DNA of 64,000 bases. Source: Lachnospiraceae bacterium. Lineage in GTDB: Bacteria > Bacillota > Clostridia > Lachnospirales > Lachnospiraceae. Each line of letters starts with the position of its first letter. The first letter of the stretch is position 1. Both the position numbers and the translations under genes were made by a program. Shown piece by piece: positions 1-9,849 of this stretch. The stretch is taken from assembly GCA_017473115.1 (NCBI GenBank), contig JAFUNC010000001.1:183104-247103 (forward strand). The letters run 5' to 3'. The notes below the pieces were generated by a model. The model made no database searches. It saw only the letters and a list, made by a program, of their open reading frames with translations, and had not been told where the DNA came from.

Positions 1-199
1 GTTTTTTTTCTTCTTCCGAGAGAGTGGCAATTTTATAACCGGAACCTCTCAACTTAAAAGAACCTGTCTTCTGTAAATTCTCCGGCTTTAGAAATAAGTC
101 GCAACCGGGTGCAATTCCATCGGATGCTACCACTTTCGTGGGACGGATAATGTCTTTTAATACAACCTGTGCATCAAAAATTTGGTCAAGTGTCAACAT
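1..199 (-). CDS. ilvA: Threonine ammonia-lyase (threonine dehydratase), 5' part; runs off the window
   Basis: Hand translation from ATG at 199 gives MLTLDQIFDAQVVLKDIIRPT...LFLKPENLQKTGSFKLRG, the PLP-lysine motif of Ser/Thr dehydratases. AGGAGGT RBS at 204-210. Confidence 0.88.
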   Translation of the reverse strand, partial: MLTLDQIFDAQVVLKDIIRPTKVVASDGIAPGCDLFLKPENLQKTGSFKLRGSGYKIATLSEEEKK

Positions 200-287
200 A
201 ACTACCTCCTACTGATAATCTTGTAATCACTTCGAGAGAAACAGAACCAAAATCCACTTAGCAAAATCCGGCTTACGACGCAGAAGA

Positions 288-756
288 AAACAAAAAACCC
301 GCCTCAAAGCTTACATTTTGCTTTGAGACGGGTGTAAATTCATTGCACTCGCGGTACCACTCAAATTGCGGATAATATATCCACCACCTCTTCGAAGTCT
401 ATCAACTCCTATGCACTAACGTAGCATTCACGGGAAACGCCTACTCGAAATATATTCTTTGGGGCTTCCGGCTCGGAAGGGATAAAAACTCTGCACCATT
501 TTGCCGGGATCACACCATCCCCGACTCTCTGTGAAAACGTTCCTGCAGGTTTCGTCTTCGTCATTGCCTTTTATTTTATCGAAGTCCATCAACCTCTATG
601 CACTGACGTAGCATTCACGGATCCCCCTACGCACCTTATCGGGTTCAGGTTCACAGCTCAGAAGGGAGAGGTACAAAACTTCATACATACCGATTCACAC
701 CAACCATCGGCTCTCTGCAATGCGCCTGTATTGACCATTCTTCGTCACAGCCTTTG
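288..756 (-). promoter_or_regulatory. T-box riboswitch leader with two stem I (specifier) domains and one antiterminator/terminator
   Basis: Two AAGGC..GACGAAG..CAGAGAG..GGTGTGA..CCCTTC.GAGC units (about 655-756 and 470-571). Duplicated ~40-nt segment at about 394-433 and 581-621. T-box AATTTGAGTGGTACCGCG at 350-367. Terminator hairpin at 298-332 followed by a U-tract. Confidence 0.9.
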
Positions 757-777
757 TTTTTCAATTTTTATAGATAC

Positions 778-806
778 ATAATATTCCTCCGCGTTGAAGT
801 TGTCAA
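778..806 (-). promoter_or_regulatory. SigA promoter for the T-box/ilvA transcript
   Basis: TTGACA (806-801), 17-bp spacer, TATTAT (783-778). Confidence 0.75.
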
Positions 807-1028
807 GCACTAAAGTGATAAATTTTTTAAATATTTTTTGATTTAACCTAAAATTTAGTAAAATTTAATGATTTATCGCCTGTTTTCGGACGTTTGCAAC
901 TTTTAATGTTCCTTTGTTTTGTGATAAAATAAGTGTATATGGGGTTTTGTACTTATTTGTATTTGATTTTATGATATATCAAAGAACATTATGACTCCCA
1001 ATCAACAGTTGAAATATTCGAGGCACCA

Positions 1029-2231
1029 ATGAAGAAAAAGAAAGAAACCTGGAGAAAACCGCATCATCAGCCAATTATATCCATTGCGCTGCCCTTTCTT
1101 GATCTGTACACCAGATGTACGTATCACATTAAGGTAGAAAACAGACGCAAGGATAAGCGCCAGTATCTGATTCTGTTTAACCATCAGACGGCGTTTGACC
1201 AGTTTTTTGTGTCTATGGCTTTTTATCGTCCCATTTATTATGTGGCTTCGGAAGATTTATTCTCTAAAGGCTGGGTTTCTTCCGTGATTCGTTTTTTGGT
1301 AAATCCGATTCCGATTAAAAAACAGGCTACGGATCTCAAAGCAGTTATGACTTGTATGCGTGTTGCCAAAGAAGGCGGCACCATTGCCATGGCTCCGGAG
1401 GGAAACCGTACTTTTAGCGGTAAAACCGAATATATGAACCCGGCGGTGGCGCGACTTGCCCAAAAGTTAAAACTTCCCATCGCGATTTTCCGTATTGAGG
1501 GCGGTTACGGCGTACATCCCCGTTGGGCAGATGACGTCCGCAAAGGCAAAATGAAAGCCTACATCTCTCGGGTCATTGAACCGGAAGAATATAATAAACT
1601 TTCCGCAGATGATTTTTATACACTTTTAACGCAGGAGTTATATATGAATGAAGCGGTGGCAGATGCCTGCTTCACCCATAAAAACAGCGCAGAATACTTA
1701 GAACGTGCCATGTATGTGTGCCCCCATTGCGGTTTGTCGGAATTTTACAGTGAAAAAGATATTACTTCATGTAAAAAATGCGGTGTGAAAATTCAATACC
1801 TGCCCACTAAAGAATTAAAAGGCGTGGACAAGGAATTTCCCTTCCGCTTCGTCAATGACTGGTACGAATACCAGAAGGACTTTGTCAATAAACTGGACCC
1901 GGCAGAATTTTATGAAAAACCTATGTATATTGAAAAAGTTTCCTTATCCGAGGTTCTTTTATACAAGAAAAAAGTCCCTATGTATGACGGTGAACTCAGC
2001 CTCTACGGCAATCAATTTGTGATAAAAGGAGAAGAAGAATTGATTTTACCTTTTGATCAGGTTTCTGCGGTATCGGTACTGGGACGTAATAAACTGAACA
2101 TTTATTTCGGTGACAAACTCTATCAGATAAAAAGCGATAAACATTTTAATGCATTGAAATATGTGAATATATATTATCGTTATAAAAATACATGCGGAGG
2201 AGAGAACGATGAACAATTTTTGGGACTCTAG
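1029..2231 (+). CDS. 1-acyl-sn-glycerol-3-phosphate (lysophospholipid) acyltransferase, PlsC family, with C-terminal Zn-ribbon extension
   Basis: NHQTAFD (HxxxxD) and APEGNRT acyltransferase motifs; CPHC...CKKC pair. Confidence 0.8.
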   Translation: MKKKKETWRKPHHQPIISIALPFLDLYTRCTYHIKVENRRKDKRQYLILFNHQTAFDQFFVSMAFYRPIYYVASEDLFSKGWVSSVIRFLVNPIPIKKQATDLKAVMTCMRVAKEGGTIAMAPEGNRTFSGKTEYMNPAVARLAQKLKLPIAIFRIEGGYGVHPRWADDVRKGKMKAYISRVIEPEEYNKLSADDFYTLLTQELYMNEAVADACFTHKNSAEYLERAMYVCPHCGLSEFYSEKDITSCKKCGVKIQYLPTKELKGVDKEFPFRFVNDWYEYQKDFVNKLDPAEFYEKPMYIEKVSLSEVLLYKKKVPMYDGELSLYGNQFVIKGEEELILPFDQVSAVSVLGRNKLNIYFGDKLYQIKSDKHFNALKYVNIYYRYKNTCGGENDEQFLGL

Positions 2232-3603
2232 CGTCTGGGGAACATTTAACCTGGTCGCAATGCTTCTGATAAGCCTCTTGATTGCAAATATTATGAAAAG
2301 ACGCATCAAATTCTTACGTTATTCCCTGATTCCTACTTCGGTTCTCGGTGGTGTGATTCTTTTAATCGTTGCTGAAATCGTAGGTGCTTTTACGAAAGTA
2401 CCTTTCTTCGATACCAACTTTTTCGGCGGCAACGGCTATATGATGCTTGAGATGATTACATATCATACTCTGGCGCTGGGCTTTATTGCTTCCACTTTTA
2501 AAGCAGCCAAAGGCAAACTTGGCAAAAAGCGGACCATCGAAATTTTTAACACCGGTGTAACTACCGTATCTACTTACCTGCTTCAGGCAATCGTCGGTTT
2601 CGGTATTACTATGATTGCAACTCTTTTTATTAAAGATTTCTTCGCGGCGGCAGGCGTTTTGCTTCCCTTCGGCTATGGCCAGGGAACCGGGCAGGCAATG
2701 AATTACGGCAATATTTATGAAACAGAATACGGCTTCGTTGGTGGTAAGAACTTTGGTCTCACCGTTGCCGCTTTAGGTTTCTTAAGTGCCAGCATCGGCG
2801 GTGTATTCCACTTAAACCTTTTAAAAAAACGCGGTAAAATTACCATGCAGGGAGAAGAACTGGTCGAAACCAACTTAGGACCGATTCAAGGTGAAAACGA
2901 AATTCCCATGAACGGCAGCATGGATAAAACCACGGTACAGATTGCCTTTGTTGCAGTTGCTTACTTAATTGCTTTTGGTATTATGCAAGGCTTGGGTGCC
3001 TTACTTCCCGGTATGAAATCCGTAATCTTCGGTTTTAACTTCTTACTTGGTACGCTCTCCGCAACCTTGGTAAAAACCGTATTAAACTTCTTAAACAAGA
3101 AGAAAATTGTAAAACGCGAATACTTAAACGACTTCTTAATGACCCGTGTCAGCAACTTTTTCTTTGATATTATGGTTGTAGCCGGCGTTGCCGCAATCCG
3201 CTTAAGTATTTTGGAAAATTACTGGGGCATCATATTAATCCTTGGTGTTGTGGGGCTATTAATTACTTACTTCTACAACCGGCTTGTTGCCGTGAAATTG
3301 TTCCCGGAATATCAGGAAGAGCAGTTCCTTACTATGTACGGTATGCTTACCGGTACCGCAAGTACAGGTATCATTCTCCTTCGCGAGATTGATAATGATT
3401 TCAAAACTCCCGCGGCGGACAACATGGTTTACCAGAATTTCCCGGCAATTGTGTTCGGTTTTCCCATGATGTTGCTTGCAACACTGGCACCGCAAAAACC
3501 GGCGCTGACCATGGTGATTTTAATAATATTCTTTATTGTGATGAATGTGATATTGTTTAGATCCTTTATTTTTAGAAGGAAGAAGAAAGCGGAAACTGAA
3601 TAA
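2209..3603 (+). CDS. Sodium:glutamate symporter (GltS/ESS) family membrane protein
   Basis: About 11-12 hydrophobic segments; IPTSVLGG, FGYGQGTGQA and YGMLTGTASTG re-entrant-loop-like motifs; overlaps the upstream gene. Confidence 0.65.
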   Translation: MNNFWDSSVWGTFNLVAMLLISLLIANIMKRRIKFLRYSLIPTSVLGGVILLIVAEIVGAFTKVPFFDTNFFGGNGYMMLEMITYHTLALGFIASTFKAAKGKLGKKRTIEIFNTGVTTVSTYLLQAIVGFGITMIATLFIKDFFAAAGVLLPFGYGQGTGQAMNYGNIYETEYGFVGGKNFGLTVAALGFLSASIGGVFHLNLLKKRGKITMQGEELVETNLGPIQGENEIPMNGSMDKTTVQIAFVAVAYLIAFGIMQGLGALLPGMKSVIFGFNFLLGTLSATLVKTVLNFLNKKKIVKREYLNDFLMTRVSNFFFDIMVVAGVAAIRLSILENYWGIILILGVVGLLITYFYNRLVAVKLFPEYQEEQFLTMYGMLTGTASTGIILLREIDNDFKTPAADNMVYQNFPAIVFGFPMMLLATLAPQKPALTMVILIIFFIVMNVILFRSFIFRRKKKAETE

Positions 3604-3624
3604 ATTACAAATTATATAGCAAAC

Positions 3625-3663
3625 AAAAACCGGATTGTGGAATAATCTACAATCCGGTTTTTT
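3625..3663. terminator. Bidirectional intrinsic terminator
   Basis: AAAAACCGGATTGTGG-aata-atCTACAATCCGGTTTTTT between convergent genes. Confidence 0.85.
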
Positions 3664-3710
3664 AATTGCATACTATTATTTTAGTTTGGCTGCTAATCTT
3701 TTATTTCGAC

Positions 3711-5969
3711 CTACTCCTCAAGATAAATGCTCACACGGTTCTCTATAATCTCTGCCACTTCCTCTGCTGACTTCTGCCCCATAAAATAGGCCGCCGCTTC
3801 TTCCATAATAATATTATATATTGTATCCTTTATTTGATAGCGCTCATTCGCACCATAAATTAGTGTTTCCATTTCCGCAACTTCCTCAGCCGTTAATGGC
3901 TCCACCACCACGGTTCCGAAATCTTCGCCCAAAATACAATTTTGTCCGTACAAATATGCATCGCCGAAATTCTCTGTATCCGACATCATGGCAAACATTT
4001 CATCTACCACATCCTTACGGGTTGCCAGGGCGCCAAAATTTATTTCATATTTTTTCTGATACTCATAACTTAAAAATACTTCTAAGAAATCCCACACCAC
4101 ATCTTTGTGCTCGGAATGCGCAAACATACCGAAACTTAATGCCGGTGATAAAAGTGCTCGCCCGTTTCCGTCTTCACTTGGATATCCGATTAATGCCATA
4201 TCGCCGGACTGCCTGATGTAATTTTGCACCTCGCAAATATAATTTGGTGTTAGGGTAAGCACCAGAAAATGGTTTTCCCGGAAAGTATTTAATTCACTGA
4301 CATATTCGTAATTATCTTCCATATCAGCAGTCTGTCCTACACTACAACTCTCCAGTAAACTATAAAAATCCTCATTGGTAAAATCACAGATGCCGTCACT
4401 GTAATTCACAAAGGAATTGATATCCATCGGAAGGGCATTTGCCAACAACTGCACACCGGATGCTTTTGGCGCAACTGTTCGCATATAGGCAATATACTGT
4501 TCTCGATTCCAGCCGTTTTCTGCATCTTTGACCCCTACCTGCTCCAAGTATTCCGTATTGGCACAAATGGTATAAAAGTAACAATAGGGCGCCACCTCAT
4601 ACAAGGCCCCATCCATTTCCAATGCATTTAAGAAGGTTTCTTCCAGATTCTCCAGATTCACCGTCTCGGAATTGGCAATATAGGGATTCAAATCCTCGAA
4701 TACTCCCTTATTTGCAAGAGAAGTATATTCCACCGACGATAATTCCACGAAGTCAAATTGTTCTCCTGCTGCAATACGGTTGCTTAAGGTTCCCAACGGG
4801 TCTTCCTCTCCCGATAAATCCACGGTTTCAATATAATACTCCGTATTTGATGCATTAAAATCTGCAATTTCCGACTGAATGGAAAACTGCCAAGGGTCTA
4901 ATTTTACGTATCTTATGACGGTTCTGTCAGAGATATCTCCGGCATCAGGGCTTGGATACATATGTCCCAGAATATTTCCTTCAAATGTATGACTTACAAT
5001 TCCCCAAAGACTTTCCCTGCTTTCAATGTATACAGTACTAAAAAGTCCTACATAACCATCATAATTTACCTGCTCATCTTTTAATAATAACTCCGATTCA
5101 CCCGCCTCAAAGGAATATCCGTAAATATTAAAATCAGCATTATAGGCAATGTCTATACCAATTTCCAGATTTGCTCCAACCAGATTATCCGCTTTTTCAA
5201 TTGCCTCAATTTGCACCACTTTATTATTATCATCAATATAAAAGACCTGTTTTTCATTGATAAAGTATACGGTATTTCCCTCACACCTTATTACTGCGCC
5301 ATAATTTTCAGGGTCCACTTCCAGCTCTGTAATTTTTTCGTCACTACCGTCCTGATGCAATAAATATAAAGTATACCCTTTTTCATCCCCTGCAAATAAA
5401 TAAATGTTCCCATCTTCACGCACTTCGATATAGTGATTATATTCATATTCTTCATAAGTAACCAAATGGGAGAGATCCCTGTTTTCTACTAAGTTCCCTG
5501 TTTTATCATGAATTTTTATGGTTGTATTCACATACTCGGAAATCTGAGTCTTAGCATCATGATGAGTCCATTCTGTCAAAGAATAAATATATTCTCCCGT
5601 ATAATCAAAATCATAAATGAAATAATTTTCTTTTACATGACCCTCAGAATCTCTTTCACATAGAAGCGCATCTTCTAAAGGAATAATTTCTCCCTCTGAC
5701 ACTTCTCCGGTTTCGGACGACCAGGTTTTACTGCAGAAAACAATCCGGTCTTCATAGGCATCATATTCCCCTATTCCTCCTACACTGATAATGGCAATCT
5801 CATCTTCCAACAGGAAATTCTCTCGTGCCATACCGGTAAAAGAATACTTCTCCAGCGTCCAAGGTGGCAAATTTTCTACGGTTTCTTCTTCTTTCGCACA
5901 AGCCGCAAATAAAACACAAAAACTGATAATCAGCATCCATAAAAAAGATATTTTATGCCTTTTTTTCAT
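3711..5969 (-). CDS. Lipoprotein: extracellular solute-binding protein (ABC sugar-binding-like C-terminal domain) with large N-terminal extension
   Basis: Start moved to MKKRHK (ATG 5969, GGAGGTG RBS). Lipobox FAAC. DLNPYI, DGALYEV, KDVVWDFL and IIMEEAAAYFMGQKSAEEVAEII match SBP family 1. Confidence 0.75.
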   Translation of the reverse strand: MKKRHKISFLWMLIISFCVLFAACAKEEETVENLPPWTLEKYSFTGMARENFLLEDEIAIISVGGIGEYDAYEDRIVFCSKTWSSETGEVSEGEIIPLEDALLCERDSEGHVKENYFIYDFDYTGEYIYSLTEWTHHDAKTQISEYVNTTIKIHDKTGNLVENRDLSHLVTYEEYEYNHYIEVREDGNIYLFAGDEKGYTLYLLHQDGSDEKITELEVDPENYGAVIRCEGNTVYFINEKQVFYIDDNNKVVQIEAIEKADNLVGANLEIGIDIAYNADFNIYGYSFEAGESELLLKDEQVNYDGYVGLFSTVYIESRESLWGIVSHTFEGNILGHMYPSPDAGDISDRTVIRYVKLDPWQFSIQSEIADFNASNTEYYIETVDLSGEEDPLGTLSNRIAAGEQFDFVELSSVEYTSLANKGVFEDLNPYIANSETVNLENLEETFLNALEMDGALYEVAPYCYFYTICANTEYLEQVGVKDAENGWNREQYIAYMRTVAPKASGVQLLANALPMDINSFVNYSDGICDFTNEDFYSLLESCSVGQTADMEDNYEYVSELNTFRENHFLVLTLTPNYICEVQNYIRQSGDMALIGYPSEDGNGRALLSPALSFGMFAHSEHKDVVWDFLEVFLSYEYQKKYEINFGALATRKDVVDEMFAMMSDTENFGDAYLYGQNCILGEDFGTVVVEPLTAEEVAEMETLIYGANERYQIKDTIYNIIMEEAAAYFMGQKSAEEVAEIIENRVSIYLEE

Positions 5970-6080
5970 ATAACACCTCCCAACTGTATCACTTGTTATG
6001 ATACAGTTATAAGGCTTTTTATTATAAACGTCAATATAAAAATAAAAAACACTGCAAATTTCTTTGCAATGTTTCAAAAA

Positions 6081-6152
6081 TGCTCCCAGCAGGAATCGAA
6101 CCTGCAACTAGCCCTTAGGAGGGGCTTGTTATATCCATTTAACTATGGAAGC
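6081..6152 (-). tRNA. tRNA-Arg (anticodon CCT)
   Basis: GCTTCCATAGTTAAATGGATATAACAAGCCC-CTCCTAA-GGGCTAGTTGCAGGTTCGATTCCTGCTGGGAGCA forms a cloverleaf; CCA is not encoded. Confidence 0.95.
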
Positions 6153-6299
6153 TTGTATTGGGAGAATCTTATAAAAATCTATAAGACCTTTCCTTAAAAT
6201 AAATTTGCAAGCGGATAAGGTTCTCTTACCCGCCTGCATCATTATATCATTTTTATCTTATGAATGGAAATAGATTTTATCATTTTATAAAATATATTT

Positions 6300-7271
6300 T
6301 TACTGTTTCGGCTGCCAGGGCCAATCGCCGTTTGCATTTTCCTGTGTTCCGTAAGTATTATTACCGGTGTAAGAATCGGATGTACCATATGTATTGTTCT
6401 GGCCGTAGGTATCTGTTGCTCCATAACTATTGCTCTGACCATAGGAATTCGTTCCGCCATAAGACGTATCCCCATAAACCAGACCGTCATACGGCTTATC
6501 ATATTGGTTGGACGCTCCATAATGATTTCCGCCGTAATTTGTGCCACCATACAAATCCATACTTCCGGTTTGGCTTACACCCATATAAGTATGTCCGGCA
6601 AATTCTTCTTTTTCTTTTTTATCTTGATAAAAGAGGATTCCCAACATAATAAGCAAAATCACATCGCATACAATACCAATACCCAATGTTATCTTGGATG
6701 CCTGCATATTTCCGCGCACAATCATATAAGGACACATGATTCTGTCGATTTCACTATCGGTATATTCACAACTGCGAAGATAGTCGCGCATAAATTCTTT
6801 CTGCTGGGAACTCATTTTTTCTACGGTTCCGTCAATGTACAATGTGGTCATACCATAATCCACAGTACCTGTCGTATCATAATACCAGGCGTCACTCTCC
6901 GCCAAAACCTGCTCAATTACATTGTAATCACTGGGATTTGCCAGATGCAAACCGATGTAATAATCAATATTATAAAAACCTCTCTCATCCACATACAAGT
7001 GAGGAATGGCATAGCCGCGACCCGATTCTCTGGAACTTGTAGTGATTCCAAACGTTTTCTGCTCACTGTTTTCCTGATAAAACTGCCCCCATACCATATC
7101 AACGGTAAAATGGACATGGTCTCCCGCCTCAAGGGTTCCCCAGTCAACCGTATTCATATCAATCGGATCTTTGGACATTTTAATGACATCTTTTCCACCC
7201 ATAAAGGTGAGTATAATACCCAACGCTCCAATAAAAAATATAAGTTTCCACCACTTCTTCATCTTTTGCAC
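6300..7271 (-). CDS. Hypothetical two-TM membrane protein with C-terminal Tyr-Gly low-complexity repeats
   Basis: N-terminal and internal TM helices; tail YGGTNSYGQSNSYGATDTYGQNNTYGTSDSY. Confidence 0.75.
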   Translation of the reverse strand: MQKMKKWWKLIFFIGALGIILTFMGGKDVIKMSKDPIDMNTVDWGTLEAGDHVHFTVDMVWGQFYQENSEQKTFGITTSSRESGRGYAIPHLYVDERGFYNIDYYIGLHLANPSDYNVIEQVLAESDAWYYDTTGTVDYGMTTLYIDGTVEKMSSQQKEFMRDYLRSCEYTDSEIDRIMCPYMIVRGNMQASKITLGIGIVCDVILLIMLGILFYQDKKEKEEFAGHTYMGVSQTGSMDLYGGTNYGGNHYGASNQYDKPYDGLVYGDTSYGGTNSYGQSNSYGATDTYGQNNTYGTSDSYTGNNTYGTQENANGDWPWQPKQ

Positions 7272-7361
7272 CTTTCCTTATGAATTTCTTTTACACATAT
7301 TATTATAAGAACATATTACTATGCAGTAAATAATTTTATCGGTGTTTCATACGCAACATTC

Positions 7362-8264
7362 TTAAACATCCGGATAATTCACATATCCCTGCATCCAAAT
7401 AATTCCCTTAAAACGTCGGCCCACCGCAGGTTCACCGTACAAATCTTCTTTGTTGATGCACACATCAAAAAGCAAATCATTTGCCGATACAGTCATAATA
7501 TAACACTCTTCTTTCGTAAAAGAGTTTTTTATGAGCCGGCAATCTTTAATCTCGCCGAGCACCGAGTAATGGTCACATTCCACACCATAAGGCATAAAAA
7601 ACGTATCCACCAGAGAATATATATCCTCGGTATAAATTCGTTTAGAAATATTGGAATACATATCCATATCATCCAGCGTCAAAGTTTCAATGGCCTCTTC
7701 GTCACCCTGTCTTGCTTTGGTAAGCAAGGCATTTCGCTTGGTAATTACCTTCCGGACACGGGCCTCATCTTCCTGCTGCTTTTCAATTGGCATCATAATT
7801 CTTCCCTGACAAGATAAAGCACTCAAAGACAGAGTATACGGCGTATTGTTAAAACGTCCGCTGTTTTTTAATTTCAAACTTGTAATCATATTTTGTAAGT
7901 AAAAAATTAAAATGACTCCGACTTTTACATCATCGCATACACCGGCATAAGATTCCTTTTCCGCATGACGCTCAATGGTGATTTCCTCTACGGAACTGAT
8001 TACTTTAGAGCGCAAATAAGGAAAATAGTATCTGGCACCGGAGTTCTCCAAGTCCTCAAAGTCTTCGAACTCGCCTCGGACACAAATTCCAATATCTTCG
8101 GCAAAATCCTTGCAATATTCGCCTAACATACTTTTATCATCCGTAGAAATGTAATTCTTCTCATTGGCTTCAGAAATTACCTGTTGAATGAGCGCTTCCA
8201 TCTCCTTGTAGGTTTTATACTTACTAAAACCAATCGCCCGTAAATATTTATGCAAGAATTTCAC
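7362..8264 (-). CDS. DUF3881 family protein
   Basis: HKYLRAIGFS start and GEPAVGRRFKGIIWMQG end recalled as typical of this clostridial family; located next to serS. Confidence 0.7.
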   Translation of the reverse strand: MKFLHKYLRAIGFSKYKTYKEMEALIQQVISEANEKNYISTDDKSMLGEYCKDFAEDIGICVRGEFEDFEDLENSGARYYFPYLRSKVISSVEEITIERHAEKESYAGVCDDVKVGVILIFYLQNMITSLKLKNSGRFNNTPYTLSLSALSCQGRIMMPIEKQQEDEARVRKVITKRNALLTKARQGDEEAIETLTLDDMDMYSNISKRIYTEDIYSLVDTFFMPYGVECDHYSVLGEIKDCRLIKNSFTKEECYIMTVSANDLLFDVCINKEDLYGEPAVGRRFKGIIWMQGYVNYPDV

Positions 8265-8310
8265 CTCCCTTATTTTAAAATATATTTTTTCGATATGTTA
8301 TATAAACTAC

Positions 8311-8355
8311 AAAAATAGTAGGGGCTTATACTCTCATTGTTTTATAAGCCCCTAT
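8311..8355 (-). terminator. Intrinsic terminator after serS
   Basis: TAGGGGCTTATA...TATAAGCCCCTA hairpin with an A-tract on the left. Confidence 0.7.
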
Positions 8356-8420
8356 TCTTATTCTTTTTTATTATATATAAAATCCTATTTTCAGCATTTT
8401 ATACTTTTACTTTATAAAAA

Positions 8421-9698
8421 TTATCTGATTTCGCTCTTGCCACCCATGTAAGGTCTCAATGCTTCAGGGATGCGAACTGAACCGTCTTCCTGATAGTTGT
8501 TCTCCAAGAACGCAATGAGTGCACGGGGAGTAGCCAATACAGTGTTGTTTAATGTATGCACATAGTAAGTGCCGTTTTCGCCCTTGGTACGAATTTTCAA
8601 ACGTCTTGCCTGAGCATCACCTAAAGTAGAGCAAGAACCAACCTCAAAATACTTCTGCTGTCTGGGGCTCCATGCTTCCACGTCGCAAGATTTTACTTTT
8701 AAGTCAGCCAAGTCACCGCTACAACATTCCAAAGTACGTACGGGGATATCCAAACTGCGGAAGAATTCAACTGAATACTGCCACATCTTGTTATACCAAT
8801 CCATAGAATCTTCAGGCTTACACAAAACTACCATTTCCTGCTTTTCAAACTGATGCACACGATAAACACCACGCTCTTCCATACCGTGAGCACCTACCTC
8901 TTTACGGAAGCAGGGAGAGTATGAAGTCATTGCGATGGGCAACTGGCTTTCTTCCACGATTTCGCCCTGGAACTTACCAATCATGGAATGCTCTGAAGTA
9001 CCGATTAAGAATAAATCTTCTCCTTCAATCTTGTACATCATGGCTTCCATTTCCGCAAAACTCATTACACCGTTTACTACATCGCTACGAATCATAAAAG
9101 GAGGAATACAGTAAGTAAATCCTTTTTCAATCATAAAATCTCTTGCATAACTGATCATTGCGGAATGAATTCTGGCAGCATCACCCATTAAGTAGTAAAA
9201 TCCTTCACCACTGGTTCTTCCCGCAGCTTTTTTATCCAAACCATTCATGTTATTAATGATATCTGCGTGGAAAGGCACTTCGTATGCCGGAACAACCGGA
9301 TCACCATATTTCTGGATTTCCACGTTTTCGGAATCATCCTTACCGATAGGAACGCTTTCATCAATGATATTGGGAATTACCATCATAATTTTGGTAGTCT
9401 TTTCTTCCAATTCCTTCTGCTTTGCTTCCAATTCTGTCAAACGCTGTGCACCTTCGGCAACCTGCTTCTTAACTTCTTCAGCCTCTTCTTTTTTCCCCTG
9501 AGCCATCAAAGCACCAATCTGCTTCGCAATTTTATTTTTATTTGCTTTGATATCATCAACTTCCTGCTGAGTTTTTCTTCGTTCTGAATCAAGCGCAATT
9601 ACCTCATCAACCAAAGGCAGTTTTTCATCCTGGAATTTCTTGCGAATATTCTCCTTCACCAATTCGGGATTTTCTCTTAAAAACTTAATATCAATCAT
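8421..9698 (-). CDS. serS: Serine--tRNA ligase
   Basis: MIDIKFLREN start with GGAGG RBS; N-terminal coiled coil; GTSE, CFRKE, RVHQFEKQE, EVGSCS and HTLNNT class II motifs. Confidence 0.97.
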   Translation of the reverse strand: MIDIKFLRENPELVKENIRKKFQDEKLPLVDEVIALDSERRKTQQEVDDIKANKNKIAKQIGALMAQGKKEEAEEVKKQVAEGAQRLTELEAKQKELEEKTTKIMMVIPNIIDESVPIGKDDSENVEIQKYGDPVVPAYEVPFHADIINNMNGLDKKAAGRTSGEGFYYLMGDAARIHSAMISYARDFMIEKGFTYCIPPFMIRSDVVNGVMSFAEMEAMMYKIEGEDLFLIGTSEHSMIGKFQGEIVEESQLPIAMTSYSPCFRKEVGAHGMEERGVYRVHQFEKQEMVVLCKPEDSMDWYNKMWQYSVEFFRSLDIPVRTLECCSGDLADLKVKSCDVEAWSPRQQKYFEVGSCSTLGDAQARRLKIRTKGENGTYYVHTLNNTVLATPRALIAFLENNYQEDGSVRIPEALRPYMGGKSEIR

Positions 9699-9849
9699 AC
9701 TATCCTCCATTTAAGGCATCTGCCATATTTTTCTTTGGAATTCATCTTTACTATTATAATACTTTATTTCATAAATATAAATAAAATATTGGAGATTCTC
9801 TGCTTTTCTGTTTTTTATAAAAACAGTTATATAGCATATTCTATTATTT

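Noticed and set aside
394-621. ~40-bp direct repeat as a possible CRISPR or att site
   Set aside because: Only two copies, each following a T-box stem I; explained by the riboswitch duplication.
5970-6107. N-terminal extension of the 798-aa ORF
   Set aside because: It overlaps tRNA-Arg; the RBS and signal peptide point to ATG 5969.
6081-6152. tRNA-Arg (and tRNA-Lys at 53778-53850) as integration sites of a genomic island
   Set aside because: No integrase and no duplicated tRNA 3' end was seen in the window.
6242-7283. Alternative ORFs 6242-6550, 6260-6649 and 6504-7283
   Set aside because: Shadow frames of the repeat-containing gene 6300-7271, with no RBS or motifs.
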